DNA of 64,000 nucleotides from Trueperaceae bacterium (GCA_965215565.1 CBDCDZ010000004.1:3648001-3712000); one strand, 5' to 3'. Counted from the stretch's first letter, positions 1 to 11,788 are shown. The notes: a model not told the origin generated them from the sequence alone. Program-made: numbers and translations.

Positions 1-734
1 AAAAGGGCGCTCGCCGCGAATAGCCCGAGAATGAGAGCGCCGCCGAAGCCGCGCTGCTGCCCCAGCGTAAGCGCGAGTAGAAGCGCCAGAAGACAGCTAA
101 AGAGCACCGCCGCCCCCGGCAAGTCGAAGTGCTGCCCGCCTTTAGGCTCGTAAGCCGGAACGAAGCGGAGCGCCAAAAGCGTGCCGAGGATGCCTATCGG
201 CACGCCGATAAAGAAAACCCAGTGCCACGAGAGCGTATCTACGAGAAAGCCGCCCAACGTCGGACCGATGACGATACCGCTCGAGAGCACCGAGCCCGTG
301 ATGCCCAGCGCTTTGCCCCGCTCGTTATCGGGAAACACATCGGTGACGATCGCCAAGCTGAGCGCTGTCAGGAGCGCCGCGCCCGCGCCCTGTAAAACCC
401 GAAAGCCGATCAACCAATACACCCCTTGTGAGAGCCCGCAAAGGAGCGAGCCGAGCGTAAAGATGACGTAACCCGCGATAAAAAGCGACTTCTTGCCGAG
501 CATGTCCGCCAAGCGCCCGACGATGGGCAAGAGCACCGCGTTCGTCAGCAAAAAAGAGAGCACCACCCACTGCACGACTGCAAATTTCGTCCCTAACACG
601 CTCACGAGCGAGGGCAGCGCTACGTTGACGCTCGTCGCCATGACCGTGCCTAAAAACGTGCCGAGGCTCGCGGCGATGAGAACGAACCACTTGCGGTTGT
701 CGGCTTCTTTGTCGCGATTGGATTCAGAGGGCAT
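1..734 (-). CDS. MFS transporter (DHA2/EmrB-QacA-like), runs off the window edge
   Basis: My translation from ATG at 734: MPSESNRDKEADNRKWFVLIAASLGTFLGTVMATSVNVALPSL...GRLADMLGKK...FRVLQGAGAA...ERGKALG...GPTLGGFL (MFS motif A and DHA2 motifs). Not in the ORF track because it is open at the edge. Confidence 0.9.
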   Translation of the reverse strand, partial: MPSESNRDKEADNRKWFVLIAASLGTFLGTVMATSVNVALPSLVSVLGTKFAVVQWVVLSFLLTNAVLLPIVGRLADMLGKKSLFIAGYVIFTLGSLLCGLSQGVYWLIGFRVLQGAGAALLTALSLAIVTDVFPDNERGKALGITGSVLSSGIVIGPTLGGFLVDTLSWHWVFFIGVPIGILGTLLALRFVPAYEPKGGQHFDLPGAAVLFSCLLALLLALTLGQQRGFGGALILGLFAASAL

Positions 735-1274
735 AATAGTTAAGTAGAACACGTTTTGTGTAGAAGAGGTTAAGCGCAGCCTACGGAGGAGATTATGTGG
801 AGATTGCGTGGGAACGGCTGGACATGCTGTTCGCCTACCCCTAAACCTCTTATTGTTGTCTCACCCCCTACTGTCTCACCACGTGAAAGAGTCGTCAATG
901 AAGGCCTCCGAACTGCAAAGAGCGGCGGCGTGGCAAGAGCGGCGGTGAGAAATTCGAAGAGGTCTGGCGTTACGCCTGCTGGGACGTTGCCTCACATCAC
1001 GCTGCTCCGCATCGCTTTGCCGCACCGCTTCTTTTCAGAGCAGGTTCCATACAAAGATTAGGGAGAACGCTCGTCCCTCACGCGCGTTTATAAGAAGACT
1101 TAAAAACGCACGCAAAATTGCTCACATGTAGGTCTGCTGACCGGCTCGAGTGACGAAGCCCACGCCCTTTGGCGCGTGAAGACCGTACAACTAGGGAAGC
1201 TATGACCAACTCTATTTTGCGCTTCATATCTTTTATTACGCGGGCTCGTGTGACCGGTTTAGCGTCAACTCGGG

Positions 1275-3332
1275 ATGGTTTTATATCAAAGGACCGCCGT
1301 GCAGCCTACTGACCGAACCCCCCTCACAGAGACGGCGCACGAAACGCCCCGCAAGCTGCGCTGGTCTGTGCGCACGCGCTACCTCACGGCGTTAGCGCTC
1401 GTGGGCTTGCTCAGCGTCGGCGCGTTCGTCGCGCTCAGCAGCGTGATTCAGACGCAAGGGCACTACGGTACGATTATCAACGTGAGCGGACGCCAGCGGA
1501 TGCTCTCGCAGCGCACCGCGCTCTACGCGCAGATGCTCGCCTCTACGCAGAACCCCGGCGAGCGCGAGGCGTTGGCGCAAACTTTAGCGCGTGACACCGA
1601 CCTGATGGAGCGCTCGCATATCGGGCTCACCGAAGGGGACGAGGAGCTAGGTCTGCCCGGCAACCCGTCCCCTGCGGTTGCCGCGCTCTATTTTGGCGCG
1701 CCGACGGACCTAGACGCGCAGGTTCGTGAGCACATAAGCCGGGTGCGCAGCCTTCTAGCCGCGCCCAGAAGCGACCTTACGCCCAACAACCCCAACTTAC
1801 AAGCGATCCTCGCCACCGCGCCTACGACGCTCCTACCCGCGCTTAATGACGTGGTCGCGCAGTACGAGGCGGAGTCGAGCGCGCAGGTGGCGCGGCTCAA
1901 ATGGGTGGAGACCGGCGTGCTGCTCGCGACGTTGCTGACACTGGTCTTAGAGGCGGTGTTCATCTTTCATCCGATGGAGCGCGCCATCCGCTCGAGCCGC
2001 CAAAAGCTCGTCCACGACGCCTTTCACGATGACCTCACAGGTGTGCCCAACCGCGCGCTCTTTGTGAGGCGCTTGAGCCGCGCGATCGGGAAGCGCCAGG
2101 AGAGCGAACGCGCCTACTTCGCCGTGGTCTTTTTAGACCTAGACCGCTTCAAGACCATCAACGACTCGCTCGGTCACTCGGTGGGCGACGCGCTCCTCGT
2201 TGCCTTTTGCGAGCGGCTCTCGCGGTGCGTGCGTCCGGGTGATACGGTGGCGCGGCTCGCGGGCGACGAGTTCACAGTTCTGCTCGAGGATATGAGCAGT
2301 CCCGAGGACGCGCTCAGCGTCGCCGAGCGCATCGAACACGCCTTAGAAGCCCCCTTCAGTTTGACGGGTCACAGCGTTCACGCGACGGCGAGCCTGGGCA
2401 TCGTCTCCTCGGAAGAGGGCTACACCACTGCCGAAGAGGTCTTGCGCGACGCCGACATCGCCATGTACCGCGCGAAGGTAGGTGGTCGCGCCCGGCACCA
2501 GCTCTTCAGCCCCGAGATGCGCGAAGAGGTCGTTCAGGCGATGGTTTTCGAGCGCGACCTGCGCAGCGCTGTCCCTAAGGGCGAGTTAGAGGTTCACTAT
2601 CAGCCTATCGTGTCGGTGGCGGCGGCTAAAACTGTCGGCTTCGAGGCGTTGGTGCGGTGGCGTCACGCTCAGCGTGGGTTGGTCTCGCCCGCTGACTTTA
2701 TCCCTATCGCTGAGGAGACGGGCGTCATCGTCGACATCGACCGTTGGGTTTTACGCCAGGCGTGCGCGCAACTCGTCATCTGGCAAGCGCAGTTTGCCAA
2801 CCCCCTCACCCTCAACGTCAACCTCACCTCACAGCAGTTGGAGCGCCCCGACTTCGTGGAGGTTGTGCGCAAGACGCTCGCCGAGACGGGTTTCGAGGCG
2901 GCGCAGCTCCACCTGGAAATCACTGAAAGCACGCTGGTCAACCGCACGGAAGAGGTGATGGCGGCGCTCGGGCAGCTCGAGTCCCTGGGCGTCGAACTCC
3001 ACATCGACGACTTCGGCACGGGCTACTCGTCCTTATCCTACCTGCAAGGCTTCCCGGCTGACGCGCTCAAAATCGACCGCTCCTTCGTCAATAAGCTGAC
3101 CCAAAACGCGGAGAGCGCGCGCTTAGTGCAGACCATCGTGGCGATGGCGCACGGGCTCGGCTTGCGCGTTGTGGCTGAGGGGGTGGAGACGGTAGAGCAG
3201 CTAGAGCACCTGCGCGGCTTAGGCTGCGAGTACGCGCAAGGCTTTTACTTCGCCAAGCCGTTAGAAAAAGACGCCGTCGCAGAGTTTTTGACGCTTTCAT
3301 CCAAGGAGAGGGCGGACAAGGCGGCGGCGTGA
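1275..3332 (+). CDS. Membrane diguanylate cyclase/phosphodiesterase (PilJ/NarX-like sensor, GGDEF, EAL)
   Basis: Two TM helices flanking INVSGRQRMLSQR; HDDLTGVPNR, DLDRFK, RLAGDEF; FEALVRW, DDFGTGYSSL, VAEGVE. Confidence 0.92.
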   Translation: MVLYQRTAVQPTDRTPLTETAHETPRKLRWSVRTRYLTALALVGLLSVGAFVALSSVIQTQGHYGTIINVSGRQRMLSQRTALYAQMLASTQNPGEREALAQTLARDTDLMERSHIGLTEGDEELGLPGNPSPAVAALYFGAPTDLDAQVREHISRVRSLLAAPRSDLTPNNPNLQAILATAPTTLLPALNDVVAQYEAESSAQVARLKWVETGVLLATLLTLVLEAVFIFHPMERAIRSSRQKLVHDAFHDDLTGVPNRALFVRRLSRAIGKRQESERAYFAVVFLDLDRFKTINDSLGHSVGDALLVAFCERLSRCVRPGDTVARLAGDEFTVLLEDMSSPEDALSVAERIEHALEAPFSLTGHSVHATASLGIVSSEEGYTTAEEVLRDADIAMYRAKVGGRARHQLFSPEMREEVVQAMVFERDLRSAVPKGELEVHYQPIVSVAAAKTVGFEALVRWRHAQRGLVSPADFIPIAEETGVIVDIDRWVLRQACAQLVIWQAQFANPLTLNVNLTSQQLERPDFVEVVRKTLAETGFEAAQLHLEITESTLVNRTEEVMAALGQLESLGVELHIDDFGTGYSSLSYLQGFPADALKIDRSFVNKLTQNAESARLVQTIVAMAHGLGLRVVAEGVETVEQLEHLRGLGCEYAQGFYFAKPLEKDAVAEFLTLSSKERADKAAA

Positions 3333-3336
3333 ACCC

Positions 3337-4203
3337 CTACCCCTTCACCGATCCCGCCAAGAGCCCCCGGATGAAGTAACGCCCTAAGATGATGTAGATA
3401 AGGAGCGTCGGCAGCGCCGCTAAAATCGCCCCCGCCATCGGCAGGTTCCAGTCCACTGCCTGCCCGCCCGCAAGCTGCGCGAGCGCCACGGTGATGGGCT
3501 GCGAACTCTGCCGCGTTAGGGTGACGGCGAAAAGGAATTCGTTCCACACCTGCGTGAACTGCCAGATGATCACCACGACGAAACCCGACACTGAGAGCGG
3601 AAAGACGATGCGGCGGTAGAGCCCGAAAAAGCCCGCCCCGTCAATCTTCGCCGCCTCCAACATCTCGTCGGGAATCTCCGCGTAGAAGTTGCGAAAGATG
3701 AGCGTGGTGATCGGTAAGCCGTAGACGATGTGCGTGAGAATGAGCCCCCAGAGCGAGCCGTAGAGCCCTAAGTTGCGCAAGAACTCGAAGAGGGGAATCA
3801 GCACGCTCTGATACGGGATGAACATGCCGAAGAGGATGAGTGGAAAAACGATGTTCGCCCCCGGAAAGCGCCACTTCGAGAGGATGTAGCCGTTCATCGA
3901 GCCCAGTAGCGCCGCGCCGAGAGTCGCTGTCACCGTGAGAATCAAGCTGTTCAAAAGTTTAGGCGCGAACGCCTCCCACGCTTCGGCGAACGACTGCCAG
4001 TACCAGACCTCGGGCAAGCTCCAGGTGTTCGCGAGGTTGATGGCGGCGGGCTCCTTGAGGCTCGTCACAATCACGAGGTAGACGGGCAGCAAGAAGAACA
4101 CTGTAGCAATGCCCAAAAGGAGGTAGATAACCCAGCGCGTCCCCGCGCCACGTCTGCTCGTCTGCACCTCTTGTTTCGTCGCCGCTTTCTGCGTTGTGCT
4201 CAC
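3337..4203 (-). CDS. Carbohydrate ABC transporter permease (MalG-like)
   Basis: EAA loop ([11 protein letters not shown]), WNEFLFA, multiple TM helices. Confidence 0.93.
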   Translation of the reverse strand: MSTTQKAATKQEVQTSRRGAGTRWVIYLLLGIATVFFLLPVYLVIVTSLKEPAAINLANTWSLPEVWYWQSFAEAWEAFAPKLLNSLILTVTATLGAALLGSMNGYILSKWRFPGANIVFPLILFGMFIPYQSVLIPLFEFLRNLGLYGSLWGLILTHIVYGLPITTLIFRNFYAEIPDEMLEAAKIDGAGFFGLYRRIVFPLSVSGFVVVIIWQFTQVWNEFLFAVTLTRQSSQPITVALAQLAGGQAVDWNLPMAGAILAALPTLLIYIILGRYFIRGLLAGSVKG

Positions 4204-5318
4204 CGCCTCACTTCCCCGCGCAAGCTGGTGTAGAGGTAGGGGATGATGACCGCCGCTACCATAACGAGCAGCACGACGGCTATCGCCGCGCCTTCCGCGA
4301 ACTGGTTCGCCCTAAACGAGCGCAGGTACATGAGAAGCGCAGGCACGTCCGTCGTCGCGTTGTCCGCACCCGCCATCGCGAAGATGAGGTCGAAGATTTT
4401 TAGGCTGATGTGTCCTAAGATGATCATAGCGGAGAGCGTGATAGGCGCGAGGAGCGGAAAGATCACGAAGCGGTAGAGTTGCACCTCAGTTGCGCCGTCC
4501 ACCCGCGCCGCCTCGCGTAAATCGTCGGGGATGCCGCGCAACCCCGCTAAGTAGAGCGCCATCGTATAGCCCGACATCTGCCACACCGCCGCCATGATGA
4601 TGCCGATAAAGGCGAGGTTGAACCCATGTGTCTCGCTAAAAGGCAACAACGCGACTGAACGCGCCCCGGTGAACAGCCAAACGATGAGCACCGCCGCCGA
4701 AACGCCTGCAAGCAAACTGCGCCGAGTGTTGCCACTACGAAAGGCGCGAAACGCCACCCATAACAAGATAAGTGCAACTAAAATACCCGTATAAATATGG
4801 AGGTTTTGCCAGTTAAATTGCCAGACCTGCTCACGACTCGCCAGCCAGCGAAACTCGCCCTTGGGGAGTCCAACCACCGTCGGCAAGACGTTGACGCCCC
4901 CTTGCGGTTGCAACATCCAGCGCCAGATGGTGCCCGTAACGATAAACGCTAAAGACATCGGAAAGAGAAAAACCGTGCGAAAAAAGCCCTCGCCGCGCAC
5001 GTTTTGCTCGAGCAAAATCGCCAGCAAGAGCCCTACACCCAAGCAGCCCGCCAAGAAAAATATCGTGAAAAAGAAGGTGTTGACCAAATCCTGACGAAAG
5101 CGTGCGTTCGTCGCGCCCGTGAAGAGGCGGTCGTAGTTGGCTAAGCCCGTGAACTCGAGCTTGGGGTTGAGCGCCAACGCCTGCGCAGGGTCCTGCCCCC
5201 AGTTGGTCAGCGACACCCAAAAGGTCTGCCCGATAAAGCCGTAGACGAAGATGCCCAACAAGACGAGCGAGGGCAGAAGCATCAAGATAGCAGTGAGTTT
5301 GTCGCGATAGTTTTTCAT
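4200..5318 (-). CDS. Carbohydrate ABC transporter permease (MalF-like)
   Basis: [13 protein letters not shown] loop, LKIFDLIF. Likely start is MKNYRDK at 5318. Confidence 0.92.
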   Translation of the reverse strand: MKNYRDKLTAILMLLPSLVLLGIFVYGFIGQTFWVSLTNWGQDPAQALALNPKLEFTGLANYDRLFTGATNARFRQDLVNTFFFTIFFLAGCLGVGLLLAILLEQNVRGEGFFRTVFLFPMSLAFIVTGTIWRWMLQPQGGVNVLPTVVGLPKGEFRWLASREQVWQFNWQNLHIYTGILVALILLWVAFRAFRSGNTRRSLLAGVSAAVLIVWLFTGARSVALLPFSETHGFNLAFIGIIMAAVWQMSGYTMALYLAGLRGIPDDLREAARVDGATEVQLYRFVIFPLLAPITLSAMIILGHISLKIFDLIFAMAGADNATTDVPALLMYLRSFRANQFAEGAAIAVVLLVMVAAVIIPYLYTSLRGEVRR

Positions 5319-5440
5319 AATGATCCGTCTCTTGCGGTTACGAGTTAAAAGCGAGTTAAAAGCAATGAGCAATGAGCCTAAAGGTTTTCACTCATTGCTC
5401 ATTGCTCGGTACTCATCGCTGTTTTCTGCTCATTGCTGTC

Positions 5441-6673
5441 TTAGTTCCCGATGCCCGTCTGCGACGCAATCTCCTGCGCGGCGTTCGCTGCCGCTTCGGG
5501 ATTACGCGAGCTTAAAAAGCTCTCCATCACGCTGGCGAATTCGCTCATGAACGTCTCGTTGGCGACTGCGCCGTGTACGAGCGAGCCGACTTGCGTATTT
5601 TCCTGATAGTCCTCAGCGGCGGACTGCGAGTAGGCGTTGTACTGGCTTAAATCGCTGTCTAAGCGCGGCGAGATGGAGCCTTTGAGCGGGTTGAAGGTGT
5701 CCTGACCCTCTTGCGAGCCCACAAGTCTCAGCCACTCCCGCGCGTTTTCGGGATGCGGCGCGCCGACGGGCAAGCCGAACGAGTCGGACAAGAGCATGAA
5801 GTTACCTTCCGTACCGGGGGACGCCGCCCAACCGAAGCCTTCGCTCGGGGTGAGCCCCAGCGTCGTGCTCATGTAGCCCGCCGCCCAGTCGCCCATGACG
5901 TTAAAGGCGGCGTCGCCGTTCGCCACGCGGTCGGTGGCTTGCTGCCAGGTCAAACCGGTGGCGTCCTCGTTCGTACAGTCTAAAATCTGCCCGAAGGTCT
6001 CCCAGACCTCCACCACTTCGGGATCGGTAAAGGAGAGTTCGCCGCTCCAGAGCCGCCCGTAGTTTTCGGTGCCGAGCGTCGCCAACGCCACCGATTCCCA
6101 GAGGTGCTGCTGCGTCCAGTTCTCGCCGACGACCAAAGGCGTGACGTTCTGCTCTTGCAAGGCGGGGCAGGTGGTGTTCAAAAATTCGTCCCAGCTTGAC
6201 GGCACGCTGACGCCCCACTCCTCCAAGTTACTCGGCATGTACCAGAGGACGTTCGAGCGGTGGATATTGACAGGTACGCTCCAGATGCCCCCCTCCGTGC
6301 TGATGAGGTCGAGTAGCCCTTGCGGGAAGGCGTCCATCCAGCCCTCTTCCTCGAAGAGCGGGGTGAGGTCTTCCATGCGCTCCGCTGTGACCCAGGTGCC
6401 GATGAGTTCTTGCCCGGCGTGAACCTGGAACGAATCGGGCGGATCGCCGCCCAACATGCGCGTTTTAAGAACAGCGCGCGCGTTCACGCCCGAGCCGCCC
6501 GCGACGGTGGCGTTGATGACCTCGGTGTTCTCGTATTCCTGCTGATATTGGTCGATTAGCGCTTGTAGCGCTGGACCCTCGTCGCCCGCCCACCAGGAGA
6601 AGATTTCAAGCTCCTCTTGGGCGTAAGCGGCGCTCAAGAAGAGGGTGAGAAGTAGAACGGCTAATCGTTTCAT
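5441..6673 (-). CDS. Sugar (glucose-type) ABC transporter substrate-binding protein
   Basis: Signal peptide [18 protein letters not shown] after an [41 protein letters not shown]. Confidence 0.9.
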   Translation of the reverse strand: MKRLAVLLLTLFLSAAYAQEELEIFSWWAGDEGPALQALIDQYQQEYENTEVINATVAGGSGVNARAVLKTRMLGGDPPDSFQVHAGQELIGTWVTAERMEDLTPLFEEEGWMDAFPQGLLDLISTEGGIWSVPVNIHRSNVLWYMPSNLEEWGVSVPSSWDEFLNTTCPALQEQNVTPLVVGENWTQQHLWESVALATLGTENYGRLWSGELSFTDPEVVEVWETFGQILDCTNEDATGLTWQQATDRVANGDAAFNVMGDWAAGYMSTTLGLTPSEGFGWAASPGTEGNFMLLSDSFGLPVGAPHPENAREWLRLVGSQEGQDTFNPLKGSISPRLDSDLSQYNAYSQSAAEDYQENTQVGSLVHGAVANETFMSEFASVMESFLSSRNPEAAANAAQEIASQTGIGN

Positions 6674-6908
6674 GATGTCTCCTTTTTCAAATCTTTCCGA
6701 GTAGTGAGGTCTGAGACTCGAGGGTTGTGAAGAAGCCGTTCCGGTGCTTGCTACTACCTCAAAATCGCCACTAGGGAAATTGAGCATACCGCTAAGCAGC
6801 GCGGCGTTCTTTTGGTTCCATCCGAGTTGTGACCTTCGCTCCTCAGCATAGCGCGTTTTTGTTGGCGGGTAAAGAAGCCTGCTAAGCTGAGTACACATTG
6901 ATGAAGAG

Positions 6909-7970
6909 GTGAGCGTTGTGCACGTAACGAAAGAACCCTGGGGCGAGGTAAACGGCGAGGCGGTGAGCCTCTTTACGTTGAGGACCGAGAATGGTCTGAG
7001 CGCCAAGATAACGAACTACGGCGGCACTTTGACCGAGTTGCGCGTGCCGGACGCGAGAGGCGCGTTGGCTGACGTCGTGCTGGGCTTTAAGCGGCTCGAG
7101 GATTACAGGTCCGACGCCTATGAGGAGAGTAGCCCCTACTTCGGCGCGCTCGTCGGGCGCGTTGCTAACCGCATCGCAGGAGCGCAGTTTTCACTCGGTG
7201 AAGAGGTCTACACGCTTGCGGCAAATGAAGGCGAGCACAGTATGCACGGCGGCGCTCGCGGCTTTGATAAGCGGGTCTGGCAGGCTCAAGTTTTGGACGA
7301 GGGGCTCGAGCTTCGCTACACCTCACCGGACGGCGAAAAGGGCTATCCAGGACGGCTCCGGGTGAGCGCACTTTACACTCTGAAAGAGGGCAGGCTGAGG
7401 CTCGAGCTGCGCGCCGAAGCGGACCGAGCCACGCCCGTCAACCTCACGCAGCACAGCTACTTCAATCTTGCCGGAGAGGGCTCGGGTGACATTCTGGACC
7501 ACGAGTTGACGCTGAACAGTCGCTTCTACACGCCGACGGATGAGACCTCTATCCCAACGGGAGAAATTTTAGAGGTTGAGGGAACGCCCTTTGACTTCTC
7601 GGTAGCGAAAAGGATAGGTGCAGACATCGAGCAGCCAGCCGTGCAGCGCATCTCGGGCGGCGGCTACGACACGAACTTCGTCATCGCGGGCAGGGGCGAC
7701 TTGCGGTTTGGAGCGCGGCTCCGTGACCCCTCTTCAGGGCGGACGATGGACCTTTACACAACGCAACCGGGGCTGCAAGTCTACAGCGGCAACTTCCTAG
7801 AGGGAAAGTTGAGAGGTAAAAGCGGCGCACTCTACGAGAAGCACGCAGGGGTGGCGCTCGAGCCCCAGCACTACCCCGACGCCGTCAACATCCCGCACTT
7901 CCCTAACACTATCTTGCAGCCAGAAGAGGTCTACCGCCAAGTGATCGAATACAAATTTTCAGCTCGGTAA
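6909..7970 (+). CDS. galM: Aldose 1-epimerase (galactose mutarotase)
   Basis: [29 protein letters not shown] motifs. Confidence 0.93.
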   Translation: MSVVHVTKEPWGEVNGEAVSLFTLRTENGLSAKITNYGGTLTELRVPDARGALADVVLGFKRLEDYRSDAYEESSPYFGALVGRVANRIAGAQFSLGEEVYTLAANEGEHSMHGGARGFDKRVWQAQVLDEGLELRYTSPDGEKGYPGRLRVSALYTLKEGRLRLELRAEADRATPVNLTQHSYFNLAGEGSGDILDHELTLNSRFYTPTDETSIPTGEILEVEGTPFDFSVAKRIGADIEQPAVQRISGGGYDTNFVIAGRGDLRFGARLRDPSSGRTMDLYTTQPGLQVYSGNFLEGKLRGKSGALYEKHAGVALEPQHYPDAVNIPHFPNTILQPEEVYRQVIEYKFSAR

Positions 7971-8233
7971 AGGTGGAGTAGAGGCGGAGTGGCTCGAGCT
8001 TTATCCGGTTCTCCTACCGCGTCACCGAAATACCTAGCGTCTCCGCGGAAAACTCACAGTCGGGATAGAGACCTCTTAGGTTGTGGGCTGCTCGCGCAAC
8101 TGACCGCAGGCCCGTGGTGCCCGTGTGAAGTTCGCGATACTGGGCTCGTCACCCCGGCGAACGCCGAGAAAGTGCGGCGCTAATGTGGACTTTATCAGGT
8201 CACCTCGTGAGGGGGGCGCGTTAGACTGACGGG

Positions 8234-8992
8234 GTGCGATTAGGGCAGATAGGTCACGGTTCAGATGTCGGCAGGGTGAGGTCTCTCAACGAGGACTATC
8301 ACCGGGTGTGGCAGTTCCCTTGCGCGGACGGCTTGGCGCTGCTCGCCGTAGCAGACGGCATGGGCGGCGCGGCGGCGGGTGAAGTCGCGAGCAAGCTGGC
8401 GATGGAGGTTATCGACGAGGCGTTCAGCCGCTACGTGGGCGCGCTCCAGCAGGGGCAACCCGTTGTCGGCATCGACAAGCTGACCGAAAAGGCGCTGCGC
8501 TTAGCCAACCGCCGCGTGTTCGAAGCGGCCACCTCGAATACGGGGCGGCAGGGCATGGGCACGACGCTGACCCTAGTCGCGGTGAGCAACCATAAGGCGT
8601 ACTTAGGGCACGTGGGCGACTCGAGGGCGTACCTCATTCGCGGCGAGCAGATTTACCAACTGACCAAAGACCACTCGTGGGTGGAAGAGCAGCTCGAGCA
8701 GGGTCTCTTGAATGAGGAGCAGGCGCAGAACCACGCCTGGCGCAACCTCATCACCCGCGCGCTCGGCACAAGAGCGCAAGTCGTGCCGGACATCGCGCAG
8801 ATCGAGGTGCAGCAGGGAGACGTATTTATCATCTCGACAGACGGCCTGCACGGGCTCATCCAACCCGGCGAGATTTTGGATGAGGTCAGGAGGCGCTCGA
8901 GCCGTCAAGCGTCGGTGGAATACCTCATCGACTTGGCTAACGAGCGCGGCGGTCCCGACAACATCACGCTGGTCATCGCGGAGGTCGGCTGA
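8234..8992 (+). CDS. PP2C-family Ser/Thr phosphatase (Stp1/PrpC-like)
   Basis: NED, VADGMGG, GMGTT, HVGDSRAY, TDGL, GGPDNIT. Confidence 0.95.
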   Translation: MRLGQIGHGSDVGRVRSLNEDYHRVWQFPCADGLALLAVADGMGGAAAGEVASKLAMEVIDEAFSRYVGALQQGQPVVGIDKLTEKALRLANRRVFEAATSNTGRQGMGTTLTLVAVSNHKAYLGHVGDSRAYLIRGEQIYQLTKDHSWVEEQLEQGLLNEEQAQNHAWRNLITRALGTRAQVVPDIAQIEVQQGDVFIISTDGLHGLIQPGEILDEVRRRSSRQASVEYLIDLANERGGPDNITLVIAEVG

Positions 8993-10986
8993 TGCCCTGG
9001 TTGCTACTAGGTCTCGCCCTCATCGCAATTATCGCCTTGTTGCGCGCGCCGCGCTGGGTGAGCGCGGCTTTGTTCGGCTTCTCGCTGCTGCTGAGCGCCG
9101 GGCTCATGGTGCTCTCTGGACCGGAGCGGGCGATCGCGCCGATCTTGCTGCACGCTTTCGCCTTAGGGTTGTTCGTGCCGGCGGGCGCACGCGCGACGCG
9201 CATGGCGCGCGTCGCGCCCGCGCAGCGGCGCAGGGAGGCGCGCGAGGCTGAGGACACCTCGTCACCTTTTGATATTTCCGACATTCCCGGCTACGACGTG
9301 TTGGAAAAGGTCGGCTCGGGCGGCATGGCGAGCGTCTACCGCGCGCGCCGCAAGCGCGACGGGAAGACGGTAGCGCTAAAAATTCCGATGGAGCAGTACG
9401 TCGCCGACGCGAAGTTCATCCGCCGCTTCCACCGCGAGGCGGAGGTGGCGCAGCGCTTAGACCACGTCAACATCGTGCGCACTTTTGAGCACGGCAGCGT
9501 CGGCGCGAAGCACTTCATGGCGATGGAGTTCGTGGACGGGCGCTCGTTAGAGAGCTACGTCGAGGGGCGAGAGCTGAGCCTCGAGTCGAGCGTCCAGATC
9601 ATGCGCCGCGTGGCGGACGCGCTGCAACACATCCATATGGCGGGCATCATTCACCGCGACATCAAACCTGCCAACATCATGATTATTAGAGGGGGCGTCG
9701 ACGAGGGCGACGAGTGGGACGACCCTTACGTCGCGCCCGACGCCGTGAAGCTCATGGACTTCGGCATCGCGGGCGGCAAAATCTTGTCGCGTCTCACCAT
9801 GACGGGCGCGCGCATCGGCACGCCTATCTACATGTCGCCCGAGCAAGCTAGAGGGCTTAAAATCGACCACCGCAGCGACATCTACAGCTTAGGGCTCGTC
9901 TTTTACGAGATGCTCACGGGCGAAACAGCTTTTAAGGGCGGCTACGAGGTCATCGTGCACCAGCAGATTTTCCAGATGCCGCCGCCACCTAGACAGCTCA
10001 ATATTGCGATTCCGCAAGCGCTGGACGCGCTCGTGATGCGCATGGTGGCCAAAGACCCCGACGAGCGCCCGGAATTAGAGGAGATCGCGGCGCTTTTGGA
10101 GGGCAACTTAGAGGTGCCTCTCGCAGGCGTCGCAGCGTCGAGCGACCGCCTCATCTTGGCGGCGAGCGCGCGCCAAGGGGTGCTGCGTGTCCTCGATACG
10201 AACGGCAACTTGTGCGCGTCTTTCGGTGAAGTGGGCGCAGGTGAGGACGACTTCTCCGCTGCGCCGCAGTCCGTCGCGGTGGACCGCAGCGGTAACTTCT
10301 ACGTGGCGATTTTCGAATACCGCGTGGGTCAGGCGAGTTGTCCGATGATCCACAAGCTGAGCCCTTCAGGGGCGCGTCTCCTCTCCTTTGGGCATTACGG
10401 CATGAAACCCGGAGAACTGCTCTACCCGACCGCCGTTTCAGTCGGACCCGACGATACGGTCTACGTACTCGACGCGGAGACCTGCACCGTGCAGCGTTTC
10501 GACGTGGACGGAGACCACCTGGGTAGCTTCGGCGGACGCGGCGAGGGACACGGGCGCTTCAACGATCCTAAAACTCTGATTGCCGATGAGCGTGGCGTCT
10601 ACGTACTCGACTATGGCAACCGCCAGATTCAGCGCTTCGACGCCGGGGGTCATTACGAGACCCGCTGGGCGTTCAAGATGGACGAGGGGATGCGCACGCT
10701 GAGCGGTCTCGCGCCGGACGAAGCGGGCAACCTCTACATCGCGGAGCGCTCGAGCGGCAAGGTGCGCAAAGTCACCCCGGCGGGCGATATCGCGGCGTCT
10801 TTTACCGTTCAACCTCTGCAAGCTGACAGCGACGCGCTCTTAGACCTCGCGGTAGACAGCGCGGGCAACCTCTACGCAGCGCAGCGCGGCGAGCAGCTCA
10901 TCTATATCTACGACGCCGAGGGCAATCTCACCGACACAGCTGAGGTCTACGCGCCCATCAGTCAGATGATTTTGGCAAGAGGGTAA
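8992..10986 (+). CDS. Membrane Hanks-type Ser/Thr kinase with C-terminal NHL beta-propeller
   Basis: N-terminal TM helices; GSGGMASVY, HRDIKPAN, DFG, YMSPE; NHL-type repeats (AVDxxGNxYV, GxFNDP). Coupled to the PP2C gene by a TGATG overlap. Confidence 0.93.
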   Translation: MPWLLLGLALIAIIALLRAPRWVSAALFGFSLLLSAGLMVLSGPERAIAPILLHAFALGLFVPAGARATRMARVAPAQRRREAREAEDTSSPFDISDIPGYDVLEKVGSGGMASVYRARRKRDGKTVALKIPMEQYVADAKFIRRFHREAEVAQRLDHVNIVRTFEHGSVGAKHFMAMEFVDGRSLESYVEGRELSLESSVQIMRRVADALQHIHMAGIIHRDIKPANIMIIRGGVDEGDEWDDPYVAPDAVKLMDFGIAGGKILSRLTMTGARIGTPIYMSPEQARGLKIDHRSDIYSLGLVFYEMLTGETAFKGGYEVIVHQQIFQMPPPPRQLNIAIPQALDALVMRMVAKDPDERPELEEIAALLEGNLEVPLAGVAASSDRLILAASARQGVLRVLDTNGNLCASFGEVGAGEDDFSAAPQSVAVDRSGNFYVAIFEYRVGQASCPMIHKLSPSGARLLSFGHYGMKPGELLYPTAVSVGPDDTVYVLDAETCTVQRFDVDGDHLGSFGGRGEGHGRFNDPKTLIADERGVYVLDYGNRQIQRFDAGGHYETRWAFKMDEGMRTLSGLAPDEAGNLYIAERSSGKVRKVTPAGDIAASFTVQPLQADSDALLDLAVDSAGNLYAAQRGEQLIYIYDAEGNLTDTAEVYAPISQMILARG

Positions 10987-11041
10987 TTGAGGTCAAGGTT
11001 CTGCCGTTACATCTTTGAAACTACGTGCGTTGTCGTTAAGC

Positions 11042-11256
11042 TAGCACTTCCAAAACATATTGAGACAGAGTGCCGCAGGTATCACCTCACAATGTGCGTG
11101 CTAAGTACTTCGACTTCAATAATCTAAACTATCTCGAGGAAGTTTTTGCGCTCAGAACGAACTTCGTTGACATTCTCTAGTTTAGGTTATTTCGACACAT
11201 CTACTTAAACAGTGTTTTCTACAGTGAGGGTGTCTCAGACCAGATGATACCTGCTA
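11042..11256 (+). repeat. TAGCA...TGCTA MITE-like element, copy 1 (with ~100-bp internal hairpin)
   Basis: Shares blocks TAGCACTTCCA, CGCAGGTATCA, AATGTGCGTG, AAACAGTGTT and ACCAGATGATACCTGCTA with three nearby copies. Confidence 0.75.
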
Positions 11257-11298
11257 AGCTTATCAGCCCCGGCTGAAGGCTCCTTTGCGCGCAGAAAA

Positions 11299-11409
11299 TA
11301 GCAGGTATCATCTGGTCAGCTACACTCTTACTTATAAGAACATTGTTTAGCACGCACTCTGAGGGATGATATCTGCGGAGAAGTGTAGCAATGAAACGTG
11401 GAAATGCTA
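11299..11409 (-). repeat. TAGCA...TGCTA MITE-like element, copy 2 (inverted, compact)
   Basis: Reverse complement reads TAGCATTTCCA...CGCAGATATCA...GTGCGTGCTAAACAATGTT...GACCAGATGATACCTGCTA. Confidence 0.75.
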
Positions 11410-11413
11410 AAAG

Positions 11414-11569
11414 ATACGGATTCCGATGAGCTTCACGAAGTACCCCTGAAAGGGACGGAATCAACTCCGACTCCGTAGAAGCGCGAAGCGTCTGCTGGTT
11501 ACGAAGTTTCCCTCCGGGAAAGCAAAATTTCATAACGGAGTGTATGCAGTAATCAATCGGAATCCATAT
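11414..11569. repeat. Palindromic ~156-bp element with 14-bp terminal inverted repeats (Deinococcus SRE-like)
   Basis: ATACGGATTCCGAT ... ATCGGAATCCATAT termini (1 mismatch); nested stems ACTCCGT/ACGGAGT and TTACGAAGTTT/AAATTTCATAA. Confidence 0.65.
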
Positions 11570-11607
11570 GAGAAGAGACATTCTGCCTTCTGTATTCTGC
11601 CTTTACT

Positions 11608-11788
11608 TAGCACTTCCAAAACATACTGAGACAAAGGGGCGCAGATCTCTGTCCGCAAGGACTAGCGGGATTTCATCTCATAATGTGCGTGTTGATTACG
11701 GAGTTTTCGCAAGGCGAAACAGTGTTTTTTATAGTGAGAGTGTTGCTTCGCAAAACTTACGTATACTCAAACCAGATGATACCTGCTA
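11608..11788 (+). repeat. TAGCA...TGCTA MITE-like element, copy 3
   Basis: TAGCACTTCCAAAACATACTGAGACA ... AATGTGCGTG ... AAACAGTGTT ... CTCAAACCAGATGATACCTGCTA. Confidence 0.78.

Noticed and set aside
1190..1275. c-di-GMP-II riboswitch upstream of the GGDEF-EAL gene (GGAAGCTATGA)
   Set aside because: The downstream GGGCAC and GTGCAACC pseudoknot elements are not present.
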